From: Balanoglossus misakiensis
Taxonomy: Eukaryota; Animalia; Hemichordata
Assembly: GCA_040954595.2 (NCBI GenBank)
Contig: CM082588.2
Coordinates: 9,470,844-9,534,843 of the forward strand
Direction: 5' to 3'
Length of the DNA: 64,000 bases
Shown: positions 26,265-37,250 of the stretch, one piece after another
Layout: every line of letters starts with the position of its first letter
Position numbering within the stretch: the stretch's first letter is position 1
Notes under the pieces: generated by a model
Database searches by the model: none
The model's input: only the letters and a program-made list of their open reading frames with translations
Told to the model about the DNA's origin: nothing
Made by a program: the position numbers and the translations under genes

Positions 26265-26860
26265 ACTTTATAGCTAGAAGTCACTTTCACAGGCATCAAA
26301 GCTTGTGCTAGGAATGTATTGTGGAACAATTACTTCAAAATCAATTACACTTGTGGTCAGTTTTTCTGGAAACTGAATTGCTGTAGCTGTTATTATTATT
26401 ATTATTATTGTTTATTTTAGGCACACATAGGACCATATAAAAAAGCAAGCAACATAAAGATACAGTAAAAATGGGGAAAATAAAAAAAATGACTTTAAGT
26501 TTATCAATACATAACATTTCTAAAATGTCTCCAAACGGATGAAAACTCAATTTTTAGCTCATTATATGTTTTGACTTCATCACCTGCAGTCAGTATTAAT
26601 GGATACTGAATTGTTGAGCTGATCTTCAGACTGTAAGAAATACTTCTAGTAATATGTTAATAGATTTTATAGCCTGAGGTCACTTTCACAGGCATCACAG
26701 GTTTTGCTAGGAATGTACTGTGGATTCACATACTTCAAAATCAATTACACTTGTGGTCAGTCTTTTCAGAAACTGAATTGTTACAGCTGTTAGCTCAATA
26801 TATGTTTTGACTTCATCACCCGCAGTCAGTATTGATGGATGAAATTGAATTTTTGAGCTG
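26265..26860 (+). repeat. Degenerate two-copy tandem duplication; the first copy is interrupted by a short LINE tail
   Basis: GTCACTTTCACAGGCATCA...TACTTCAAAATCAATTACACTTGTGGTCAG at about 26280 and 26679; TATGTTTTGACTTCATCACC at about 26565 and 26801. Confidence 0.8.
26389..26553 (-). mobile_element. Extremely 5'-truncated LINE 3' end (about 165 bp) with (AAT)n tail
   Basis: Present in only one of the two duplicated copies. The minus strand reads SSVWRHFRNVMY*, then a UTR and the (AAT)n tail. Confidence 0.6.
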
Positions 26861-28614
26861 TCCGACAAGCTCAACATGAAAAGACAAACACTTAGTGAAA
26901 CGGCCCCACAACCAATAATGGCGGATGCACTTGCATGCACAACTTCTTCACACTCTGACACCTCCACTTGACTTTGTTCTTCAACAGGAATCTCATTGGC
27001 ATCAATATACTCAGCACTGGTTGTGGTTAGTGTACCGGGGTTGTATGGTTACATCGTCTGGTGACTGTCAGATTAGTAAAGGTGTGATCTTGTGTTTATT
27101 AAAAATATTTAAAAAACTGGTGTGAATCTATTCACTATTAACTTTCTCTTACTGATAGTGTGATGGCATATCTGTGAAACCTTTTGGTTGTAGGTGCAAT
27201 TGATGTAAACAGTCTACAGTAGCAATGCAGTGCTACATTCTTACGTCACATCTCTCTAAAAATGTTCTATGAGTGACAGACTTTGCACCAGTTTTCATGG
27301 TTTTTTTTATTGACAAACACCAGTTTTTCCATATATCGCATATCACACATTAGAATTTAAATGAAACATAAGAATCATATCTGAACAAAGATTGGTGCTC
27401 ACATAACAGTGACAATTGTATATTGTAAATACACTTACCATATTTTCCAAGGATTTCAAATCTGTATAGACTCTCTTCTGCAAATCTGACTTTCCTTTAT
27501 AATTTCAATCTTCTCTAGCAGCTTAGACGACATTTTTTTCTGTGCTTGCTGTGGTCTTTTCTGTTTCTTAGTTTTTACCACACACTGAAAGACAATATAT
27601 TCTTGTGTATTATTGAATAAGTAGAAAAGTAAATAAAGTTACAAAAATGAACTCAAGGTGGAGCTTTGGGAAAGATGTACACAATGCGAACTAAGCTTTG
27701 TGCAGAATGACAATGCTCTGGATGTGACCTAACAGGCAACCTTAGTGAAGGTCACTGTTGCAGAAATTAACTTGCCTGAGATAAAGGTCAGGTGTGCATA
27801 ATAGTGAGAAAAGGGATACTCATGGGATGATGGGATGGATGTTGGCAAAAGTCAAGTATGCATAAATGCTAAGCAGGGTTGTACCAATGAAGGCTTGGTT
27901 AAACTGGCTGAGGCATGTTTTCATATCCTGCGTTAACACAGAAAACATGTCATTGCATGTAATCATACCATTAACAATTTAACATTGCTGCAAATGTTTC
28001 TATGACATGTGCTTGTTCTTGTCAAAAATTCCTGAGTAATACAACAGTACACAGTATCCATCAATGGCTATCTTTAAAAACCAATTACCAAGCAATGTAA
28101 AAATGGTGGTGATTGTGTCTGCTTGATTAAAAGCTTACCTCATTATCTTCACTGTCACTTGAACTTGAAAATCTTCTAATTTTTTGTTCACACTTTCCCC
28201 TCCCAAACTGATGTGTTCTCATGTCTGCATCTTCTCCCATCTTAACGTACATGTTTGCAAGACGAACAAGCTCCATTCTGTCATCTAATATAATATTATT
28301 TGGAGACAAAAATAAATGTTCAGCGGGATGAATTTCAAAACATCATAAACTTGTAGCCATGGAAACAAAGAAATCAATAAAAATGAGTCGACTGCTCAGT
28401 GAATAACAGTGATTGACATCTGATACTAACATTAGGAAAACAGCTGGTTCTGTTTATCTTTGACAAGTTTCGGTGAACGTACAGGATGCGTGTCATGATC
28501 AGTTTGGCTTTTGGTAAGTAGTTCACTTTTTATAAATTAAACCTAGCAAGGTACACTCCAAAATGGTTAAATGATGTTTCACACTAAGTGAAATAAACAC
28601 TTCAAAGTACTCAC

Positions 28615-28715
28615 CCCTTAATTTCACGACTTTTGCACCATATCTTGAAAACCTGCCGCCTTTCTCATTGGGCCAGGCCACAATGCATTCTTCGTCATAA
28701 TCAAAGTCTTCATAA
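28615..28715 (-). pseudogene. Exon fragment of a probable accessory gene of the CACTA/EnSpm element
   Basis: YEDFDYDEECIVAWPNEKGGRFSRYGAKVVKLRG followed by a GTGAG donor. It lies downstream of the EnSpm transposase on the same strand. Other decayed exon-like pieces lie at about 27440-27585, 28140-28300 and 24240-25250. The function is inferred from position only. Confidence 0.35.
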
Positions 28716-29050
28716 CCCTTACAAAAATGACAACAGTGCAGCAGCTCTGTGGTGTAGGTGTGGTGGTGCTCTTGCAGACACAATGTGGTGTTCTTGCAGT
28801 GAGTGTCTCTGCAGCAGTGGCAATGCGGCAGGTCGCAGCTAAATGCGGAGTTCTGGCAGAGTTGTTAATCAGTGCAGTAGGGCCACATAATATTGCCGCA
28901 AAGACGCAACAAGCTTCTCCCAGTGCAACACGGACCAGGAGCTATGGCCAAGTGATATTTCCATGCAGCAACACTACAGGAACTTATACAGTTGAAACAC
29001 CATACTTAATTTCACTATATAGTTTACATCTCTGCAACAGATTGCGGACA
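28716..29050. mobile_element. Solo left end of a CMC-EnSpm-type MITE
   Basis: Starts CCCTTACAAAAA (compare CCCTTACGAAAA at 33769), followed by GCAG/GCGG-rich subterminal repeats. No matching right end was found. Confidence 0.5.
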
Positions 29051-29397
29051 CCTTTATAATTCAAAGTCAATTGTTGGATACCAGAATGCTCACATGCAGG
29101 CCATGTTGAACAGGGTAATACTGGGAAATTAATTAGCATGTTATCAGGAAAGTGTACATGGAATCAAAGCTACACAGGACTTAGAGGCTATTTGAAGTTG
29201 AAATTTTGCTTTAAACATTATTTGTTTGTAAACATATTTGTTTATATTTTTACACACCCATACATACACATCACACATCATTAGTAATGTCATGATGATA
29301 CAATTACAAAACCTGCAGCCAGTCTGTTGTGATATTCAAGTATTAAAGAATATTTCAGATATCATTAAAATTAAATCATGTTCATACAGTGCTCTTT

Positions 29398-29682
29398 TTT
29401 ACACATAGCTTAGTCAAGTACATATAAATTCATTGGTCAAATAAAATTGTGTGGTCGCTGCGCTCTATTTTGAAATAAATTACGTTAAAATCTTTGCCCA
29501 TAGACAAACCATTGGTGAAAAATGCTGAGTCAGCAATTTTCTTCTATAATCGACTAAATTCATGGCTCTTTAAAAACAAGCGCGGTGACCCCCTACATTT
29601 TATCACGGATTTTCATTATATATACACAAGATAATCCAGAAATCAACAATTAAAAGAATTGTCAGACAAGCAAATCATATGC
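29398..29682 (+). repeat. About 285-bp direct repeat, copy 1
   Basis: Near-identical to 31978-32262 (TACACATAGC...GACAAGCAAATCATATGC). Confidence 0.9.
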
Positions 29683-30099
29683 ATTTTATGAATAATGTTT
29701 ATACAGTGCACTTTCTACAAGTTTCATGAATGTCCACTTGAACATAATGATATAAACAATTGAACAGAACTATTAAAAGCACATACCACTATGACTAACC
29801 AGCTTAAAATGCCAAAATACAGACTTAAGCAGAACATAAGCAACTGATAATTAGTGCATGTGTCTTTTCCCCATAGGATTACATTGATAATTAAAGCTGC
29901 AAGCAGCGTTGAAGGGGCCCAAGCATAGTGTGAATAACCATTAGACTCCATTCAGTGTTGTACAATTCAAATGCGTAGGCTGTATTTGCTCTCGATGTTG
30001 AGATATTGGGAAGTAGGCAACCACCCGAAATGCATGTCCTACAAGTACAAACACAACAACCAAAGGTGAACTTCTACGTTGTAAGTACTTCAGTAAGTA

Positions 30100-31935
30100 C
30101 ATCAAAGGTCAGCTGAGGTACCCAAAATTGGGACAAAAATTAGGATTCTCTTTTGGTTCATATTCAAGACAACGGAAAATCCACGCCCTTTGGGTTTGTC
30201 AAATTAGATATGGCCATAATAATGAGTTACGCAAGTAAGTTACAGGTGGCCCCAGGAATTTAGCATTTCATGACACAGAGGGTCCTACCCTACCCCTCCA
30301 AACACCTGGCTATATATGATGTGCATGCTAACATATGGAAAGCAGGTCAATGGACACCTGACGTCACCCAAAAATTTGACAATAAATTGTCATTCCTGTT
30401 TATGTCATGTGCAACAAATCATGCATCTGCAGCCCTTCCACTTTGCCTACCATTAGGTATACATGTAATACATGAATCAAGCAGGTGTCACAGGTATCCC
30501 CTTGTATTTGGCATTTCATGATAATTTCATCCCTCCAAATACCAAAGCTGCACCTGTACAACGTGCTGAGATGTGGCACTGTACGACAGAGGTCATCCAA
30601 ATCACCTTATACGTTTGGGCAAAAATCAACTGACACACATTCGTCCCTGTGGAACAAAAACCACACATATCGCCCCGTTGGTTAGTGTAAAATTAAATGT
30701 ACAAAATCAATGACTTTGGCAGGTGCAACAGGTGACCCCGCCTTTGGTATACCATTATGGTCCTATCCGTATATCCCCCCACTCCAAACCTGCATGCATC
30801 TGCTTTTATTCACTAAGCAAAAGCAGGTGAAATGTCACATAAGGTCGCCCACAACTTGACAGGAAAATCGGACTTCAAATTGATCCATGTGCAACAAAAA
30901 TCACGCTAGCATCCCTTTCATTGACCCCACAATTACGCATGCACATAATTGAGTTACGCAGGTGACCCCCGAAACGGGCGTATTATTTTGGTCCCATACA
31001 GCTGCATGAACCTACGTGCCATTACGGGCGACCTGATAACCCCCACGGCCACCTGCGAGCCGACCCCCATACTGAACATCCAGTTGCAATGTCTTGACTG
31101 AAGTAGGAACTTTTGAACGGCAACGAAGCCTGATCTCTGATTATTGCTGGTACCATACTCCCTTCGTGCAAGAAAATCACTGGTCTGCTTACGTATTCGG
31201 CCGATTTCCCGAACTAATACCCACTACATGTGACTACCATGCTAATGAAACCTGACTCGCCCATTAGCGACTGAGGGTCAAAGTCCACTGCCGCAATGTT
31301 AACCAGTGTAGCCGGGTCTGGATAGAAACATTTGAACGGCAACAGCTAACAAACTCAGCGTACTTCAATAAAACGCCCTAACACAGACTGAACTCTGATA
31401 ATGTGTTGTCCCAAAATTCATTCCGTGGAAAATAATCACTGGTCTGTTTACGTATTTCAGCCGATTTTCAAACGAAGTGTGTACCCTGCTAATGAGACCT
31501 CCGCAGGATTACGTAATGACAGTGAAAGTCCGATACCCAAGTGTTCGTCCTCAGCCCACCAAAAAATGCGAAAAATATTACAAAAATCTTCTTCTCAAAA
31601 TCGACTTGGCCTAGGACCTTGAAATTTGGCACAGGCGATTTTGGCCACATGGTCTACGAAAATCGCGAAAAGAATGTACATGCCCCCATTAACGTGCACA
31701 TTAGGTCAATTTGAAAATTTCGCTCGATTACAGACACAAAGTCACGTGACTAATTACAAATTCAAAGGGCAGGTGCACTAGTACTCATGGGCCCCAACCA
31801 CCGTGCAAAATTTGGTAGGCGCAGCTGCCGGAATTTCAGAGAAAAACGGGCGCAAAAAAACGACTCAAGAAGAAAGAAGAAAAACTCCAGCAATAACAGA
31901 AGGGGACCAAGCGCCTGAGGGCGCTTGGTCCCCTA
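30100..31935 (-). mobile_element. HINE/DINE-like element
   Basis: Perfect hairpin AGGGGACCAAGCGCC-TGAG-GGCGCTTGGTCCCCT (31901-31934), adjacent (GAA)n-like tract, and internal degenerate repeats resembling those at 13610-14050. The far boundary is approximate. Confidence 0.55.
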
Positions 31936-31977
31936 ATTGCTAGAAATTAAACTTCTACTATTGTAATTTTCACGAAA

Positions 31978-32262
31978 TTTTACACATAGCTCAGTCAAGT
32001 AAATATAAATTCATTGGTCAAATAAAATCATGTGGTCACCTAACTCTATTTTTAAATAAATTATGTTAAAATCTTTGCCCATAGACAAACCATTGGTGAA
32101 AAATGTTGAGTCAGCAATTTTCTTCTATAATCGACTAAATTAATGGCTCTTTAAAACAAGCGCGGTGACCACCTACATTTTATCACAGATTTTCATTATA
32201 TATACACAGGATAATCCAGAAATCAACAATTAAAAGAATTGTCAGACAAGCAAATCATATGC
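31978..32262 (+). repeat. About 285-bp direct repeat, copy 2
   Basis: Near-identical to 29398-29682. Confidence 0.9.
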
Positions 32263-33399
32263 TGTGGGATGATCTTAAAGCACAACCAACAACACATACA
32301 GATCAAAGTCAAGCCTGCGAACTGAATAGCCTATGAATCTTAGAATATGGATAGGTATGGTCACAAGTATATTCTATACAATGGGGCTTTAAATGTAATG
32401 CGTTTTTAGGTTATCTTGCATTTGTCCATTTTCAATCGCACTCTATGGTATTTGGAAATTCACATATATATGATACATTATTCACATCAACTTTTATACA
32501 TAGGCCTAAAATATGGTCATTATTTACAATATCAATGATACCTTCGCTATCAAATTTACAAGGCTGTATGTGTCTCAGGCCAATCTTAAGAAAGTCGGCT
32601 GCCCCAGTATATACATGAATGTTGGATGGAGGTTTGATTTGAACAAGTCGAGAAATAAAAGCCAAATTAACTCTACAATCACAATGTGCATCATTACAAC
32701 ACCAGCAATCGGGAACAGAAAAGAAAGTTACCAATCCAAAACGAACTAGACTATCCCGACTGTCAAAATACTTAACAGTATAAGAGTTCCTTACTTTCAC
32801 CCTGGTGTATTCAGATGAATGGATGACTTTACCATGCACGACTATACGCTTAAAACAGTTCAATTTCTTTGGTCGCCACCCTAGAAAGTTGACTAACTTT
32901 GACATGAGTGAATCACTTAATACCTTGGAATAACTACGCCCAAGATTATAATAAATATCATCCCGCAGCATATGATTTGCTTGTCTGACAAAGGATACAT
33001 GCTTGCACATCATGTTAAGAAAGGCTAATTCTGCTTTGCCTGTAATGGATTCTATCATTTGTGGTATTGTTTGAAGGATATTTACCGACCCTACAATCTG
33101 TAAATCAACATGTTGAGTACCATGGAACAAATTCATCAGATTGCCATTCATGTCTTCAAAAGGGAAGCATAAGTATGACCAAAATGGACCCAAATCCCAA
33201 ACACACAACGGTAGATGAAGAAGAGAATTCATATTTAAAGTAAAATGATGCAGTCCATATAATGACTCAAACATATACACAAAATACCTCAATAAAACTT
33301 CACTTCTTTCAATATCAAGATCTGTAACACTATCTTTGCAAAGATTAAACATCCCTTCAACATAGCTAGAATAGTGATAATAGTACATTGCTGGCAGTA

Positions 33400-36300
33400 G
33401 TAGTAGTAGGCAACCTTCAGTCTCGAGAGACTATGGCTTGATGCACTATGATTTAAAACAGCTTCGTGAGTGGCTTGTCAGACCAATACGAGAATGACAA
33501 TCCTTCCTGCAGTTGGAGCACAAGAACTCTGATGCAGCAGTTACAGTTGCGCTCTGCATCTTTCGCCTGAGGCGTTTGTTTGCCCTCTGTGCAAGAGTGT
33601 CTTCCAGATTTTTGAGCCCTTCTTTGACAGTCAGTCTCCAGGTGTCATGCTTCATGGCAGTCTCTTCCCAAGTACTCAGGTCGATGTTCACAGCCTTCAG
33701 GTCTCTTTTGCAGACGTCCTTGTACCGCAGATGTGGTCTCCCTGCTGCTCGCGATCCTTCAGCCAATTCCCTTACGAAAAAATAAGGCTTCTGGCGAACA
33801 GTTGTGGTAAACGTACTGCAACTTTCCGGCACCTATACCGCAACTGTTTGCGGCGCATGCGCGGCTAATGCATATTTTCGCATGCAAATGAGCTGTTGCG
33901 GCGCACAGTTGCGGTAAACATACCGCAACTTTGTGGCACATATGCGGCACGTATGCCAAAACAGGGGTTTGCGGCGTAGTTGCCGCAAATTCTGCCCTCT
34001 TGCAACTTTGCGGCGCATATACCGCAACTGTTTGCGGCGCACGCGCGGCTAATGCATATTTTCGCATGCAAATGAGCTGTTGCGGTAAACATACCGCGAC
34101 TTTGCGGCACATATGCGGCACATATGCCAGAACAGGGTTTTGCGGCGTATATGCCGCAAATTATGACCTCTTGCTAATAATTAACCCCTACTGTGACCCT
34201 GGCCACCAGCCACTCCTAATAACATTTGCCAATTCTATCCATTCTGTTCTAAAGCTTGCAATGACACATACTTCCCAGTACATGTATCTTGGTTCAGCAA
34301 ATCTTAATTCTCATGTGAATTTGGTGCGTCATATTCATACATGTACTTCCCATAAGGAGAGTTATCCCAAGTATATTCAACAGGCTTAGACCAAACATCC
34401 TTTCTTTGTGAAATTGTGACCCTCATTGTTTATTTCAACAGCAGGCATTATGTTATAAGCTCTCTCAAGTGATTCAACTACCACAGAAACCAAAAAAAAT
34501 TAAAAACTCACCCAGCTGTATACATGTCATTGCAATGTTCTAAAATGTCTCAAGTGTCCTCTTACCAGTATATGTCTGGGATCAACACCAGAGTTTTTCT
34601 TTTGCAGATACTTTCCATTTAGTCTGACTTTTAGTACAAGATTATGACATCATCCTCAGAAAATTGTTCAAACTACTGACCTTTGGTAATGCACAAATAT
34701 CGCTACCACAGTATTCAAGTGAAGCAGCTTCCAGCTGCATGGATTGGTGACATCAAATTCATGATTTTTGATGGGCACAGAGATCCCAGTGTAACCTTAC
34801 ATAATCAAAATGTCCGCCTAACTGAAATCAGCCTCATTCTCGTTTCTGCACATGTCACCAAAAAGTGTTTACTTAAATGTTGCGGCATACGTGCCGCAAA
34901 AGTCTTGACTGATCGCCAGAAGTGTGCCGGTACTGGCGATCATCGACGATTAGTCGCCACAAAGTTGCGGTCAGAAATTTGCGTGCCGCACATGTGCTGC
35001 AACTTCGCCGCATGCTTGCCGCAAGAAAACAACTTCGTAAGGGTTCTCTGTAGAGAATATCCTTTGGGATTCGGCCATCTTCCATACGGATGACATGTCC
35101 GAGCCAGCGCAAGCGTCTCTGTTTCAAGATGGCGTAAATGCTGGGTGACGCTGCTCTCTCCAGGACCTGGGTGTTTGGCACCTTGTCCTGCCAGGTAATG
35201 TTGAGGATTCGGCGGAGGCAACGCATGTGAAAGGCATTCAGCTTGTGTTCCTGCTTGGCATACAGTGTCCAGGACTCGCTGCCATACAGGAGTGTGCTCA
35301 GGACACAGGCTCTGTAGACTTGGGTCTTCGTGTGCTCCGTCAGCTTTTTGTTGTTCCACACCCTCTTTGCCAGCCTGGACATGGTGTCAGTTGCCTTGCC
35401 GATTCGCTTGTTTAACTCCCTGTCGAGAGAGAGGGAGTTGGAGATTGTTGAGCCCAGGTAGACAAAGCTGTCCACCACTTCCAGCTGGTGGTTGGAGATT
35501 TTGATGTTGGGTGGGGAGTCCACATCCTGTGCCATCACTTCTGTCTTCTTCAGGCTGATCGTCAGGCCGAAATCCTTGCAGGCATCGCTGAAGCGAGTCA
35601 TAAGTCTTTGCAGGTCTTGGGCTGAGTGGGTAGTGATCGCAGCATCGTCGGCAAAGAGCAGGTCCCGTATACACTTCAGCTGCACCTTTGTCACTGCGCG
35701 GAGCCTGGAGAGATTGAAGAGCTTGCCGTCTGACCTTGTGCACAGATAGATGCCCTCTGTGGCCAAGCCAAAGGCGTGCTTCAGCAGAACTGCAAAGAAT
35801 ATCCCAAAGAGGGTTGGTGCAAGGACACAACCCTGCTTTACCCCGCTACGGATGTCGAAGGCTTCTGAAGATGAGCCGTCAAAGACAACTGTGCCCTGCA
35901 TGTCATCATGGAATGACCTGATGATGCTGAGAAGTTTTGGTGGGCAACCAATCTTGGGCAGAATGGAGAAGAGGCCCTCTCTGCTGACCAGGTCGAAGGC
36001 CTTGGTCAAATCGATGAAGGCGATGTACAGAGGCTGGCGTTGTTCCCTGCATTTCTCCTGTAGCTGTCGGAGGGAGAAGACCATGTCGATGGTGGACCTT
36101 TTGGCGCGGAATCCACACTGAGATTCTGGGTAGACTCTCTCAGCAAGGACCTGGAGTCTCTTCAGTGCAACTCGCGCAAATAGCTTGCCAGCGATGCTGA
36201 GGAGAGAGATGCCACGGTAGTTGTTACAGTCACTCCTGTCCCCTTTGTTCTTATACAGGGTGATGATGTTGGAGTCTCTCATGTCCTGTGGTACTTCACC

Positions 36301-37250
36301 CTCTCTCCAGCAGAGGCAGAGAATCTCGTGCAGTTCTTGGATGGCAGTGTCTGTGCAGCACTTGAAGATCTCTGTGGGGATGCCGTCTTTTCCTGGTGCC
36401 TTGCCAGAGGGAAGAGACTTGAGGGCTCTCTTCAGCTCATCGAGCGTTGGCTCGCAGTCGAGTTCCTCGAGGACAGGCAAGCATCCAATGGCATTCAGCG
36501 CTTCTTCGGAGACTTGGTTTTCTCTGGCGTATAGCTCGGAGTAATGCTCAACCCCGCGTTTCATCTGTTGTGCCTTGTCCTGGATGACTTCTCCAGCAGC
36601 TGACTTGAGGGGGGCAGTCTTCTTCTGTGTTGGGCCGAGAGCTTGCTTGATGCCGTCATACATTCCTCTGACATTGCCAGTGTCAGCAGCAATCTGTATG
36701 TTGGAGGAGAGTTGGAGCCAGTAGTCATTGGCACATTGCCTAGCGGCCTGCTGTGTTTTTCTGTGGACTTCCCTGAGTTTTAGGAGATTGCGATCGTGGG
36801 GATCAGACTTGTAGGCTGTAAGCGCCTCCCTCTTCTCCTGTATGAGGGGCATGAGTTTGTTGCAGTGTGCTTCGAACCAGTCAGTTGACTTGCTGGTCTT
36901 CTTTCCAAAGGCTGACATGGCTGCTGTGTAGACTACGTCTCTGAGATGTTCCCATCTTTCCTTGGCACTGGTAGTACCTGGGCCTGGCAGAGATTCCTCA
37001 AGTGCCTTCGCGAATTCTGCGACCTTGCCTTTGTTGTTTGTGGAGCTGGTGTTGATGCGTGGTCTGCCCTCCTTTTTTGTGCGGTGCACTCTCTTTGCAC
37101 AGAGCTTCACCTTGCTCACTACCAAGGAGTGGTCAGTATCACAGTCAGCACTCTGATAGCTGCGTGTGATCTTGATGCTGCACAGGCTTTTGCGTCTGGT
37201 GAGGATAAGGTCAAGCTGGTGCCAGTGTTTTGACCTTGGATGTCTCCAGG
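33400..37250 (-). mobile_element. 5'-truncated RTE-clade LINE (partial APE, RT, C-terminal zinc finger) with 38-bp TSD
   Basis: SWRHPRSKHWHQLDLIL, CDTDHSLV, GKAPGKDGIP, CNNYRGISLLS, FIDLTKAFD, GVKQGCVLAP, LLFADDA, CSNCRKDCHSRIGLTSHSRSC*; (TAC)n tail at 33397-33409. Identical 38-bp flanks at 33362-33399 and 37258-37295. Confidence 0.95.
33769..35043. mobile_element. Non-autonomous CMC-EnSpm MITE with 2-bp TT TSD, inserted in the RTE ORF
   Basis: CCCTTACGAA...TTCGTAAGGG termini, TT at 33767-33768 and 35044-35045, many GCGGC/GCCGC subterminal repeats and an internal duplication (~33830-34160). Removing it restores RTE KDILYRELAEG. Confidence 0.9.

Noticed and set aside
33759-34389. Several overlapping Cys/Ala-rich ORFs
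   Set aside because: They are translations of GC-rich subterminal repeats of the EnSpm MITE.
35227-37233. Plus-strand and alternative-frame ORFs over the RTE
   Set aside because: They are shadows of a GC-rich RT coding region with no independent motifs.
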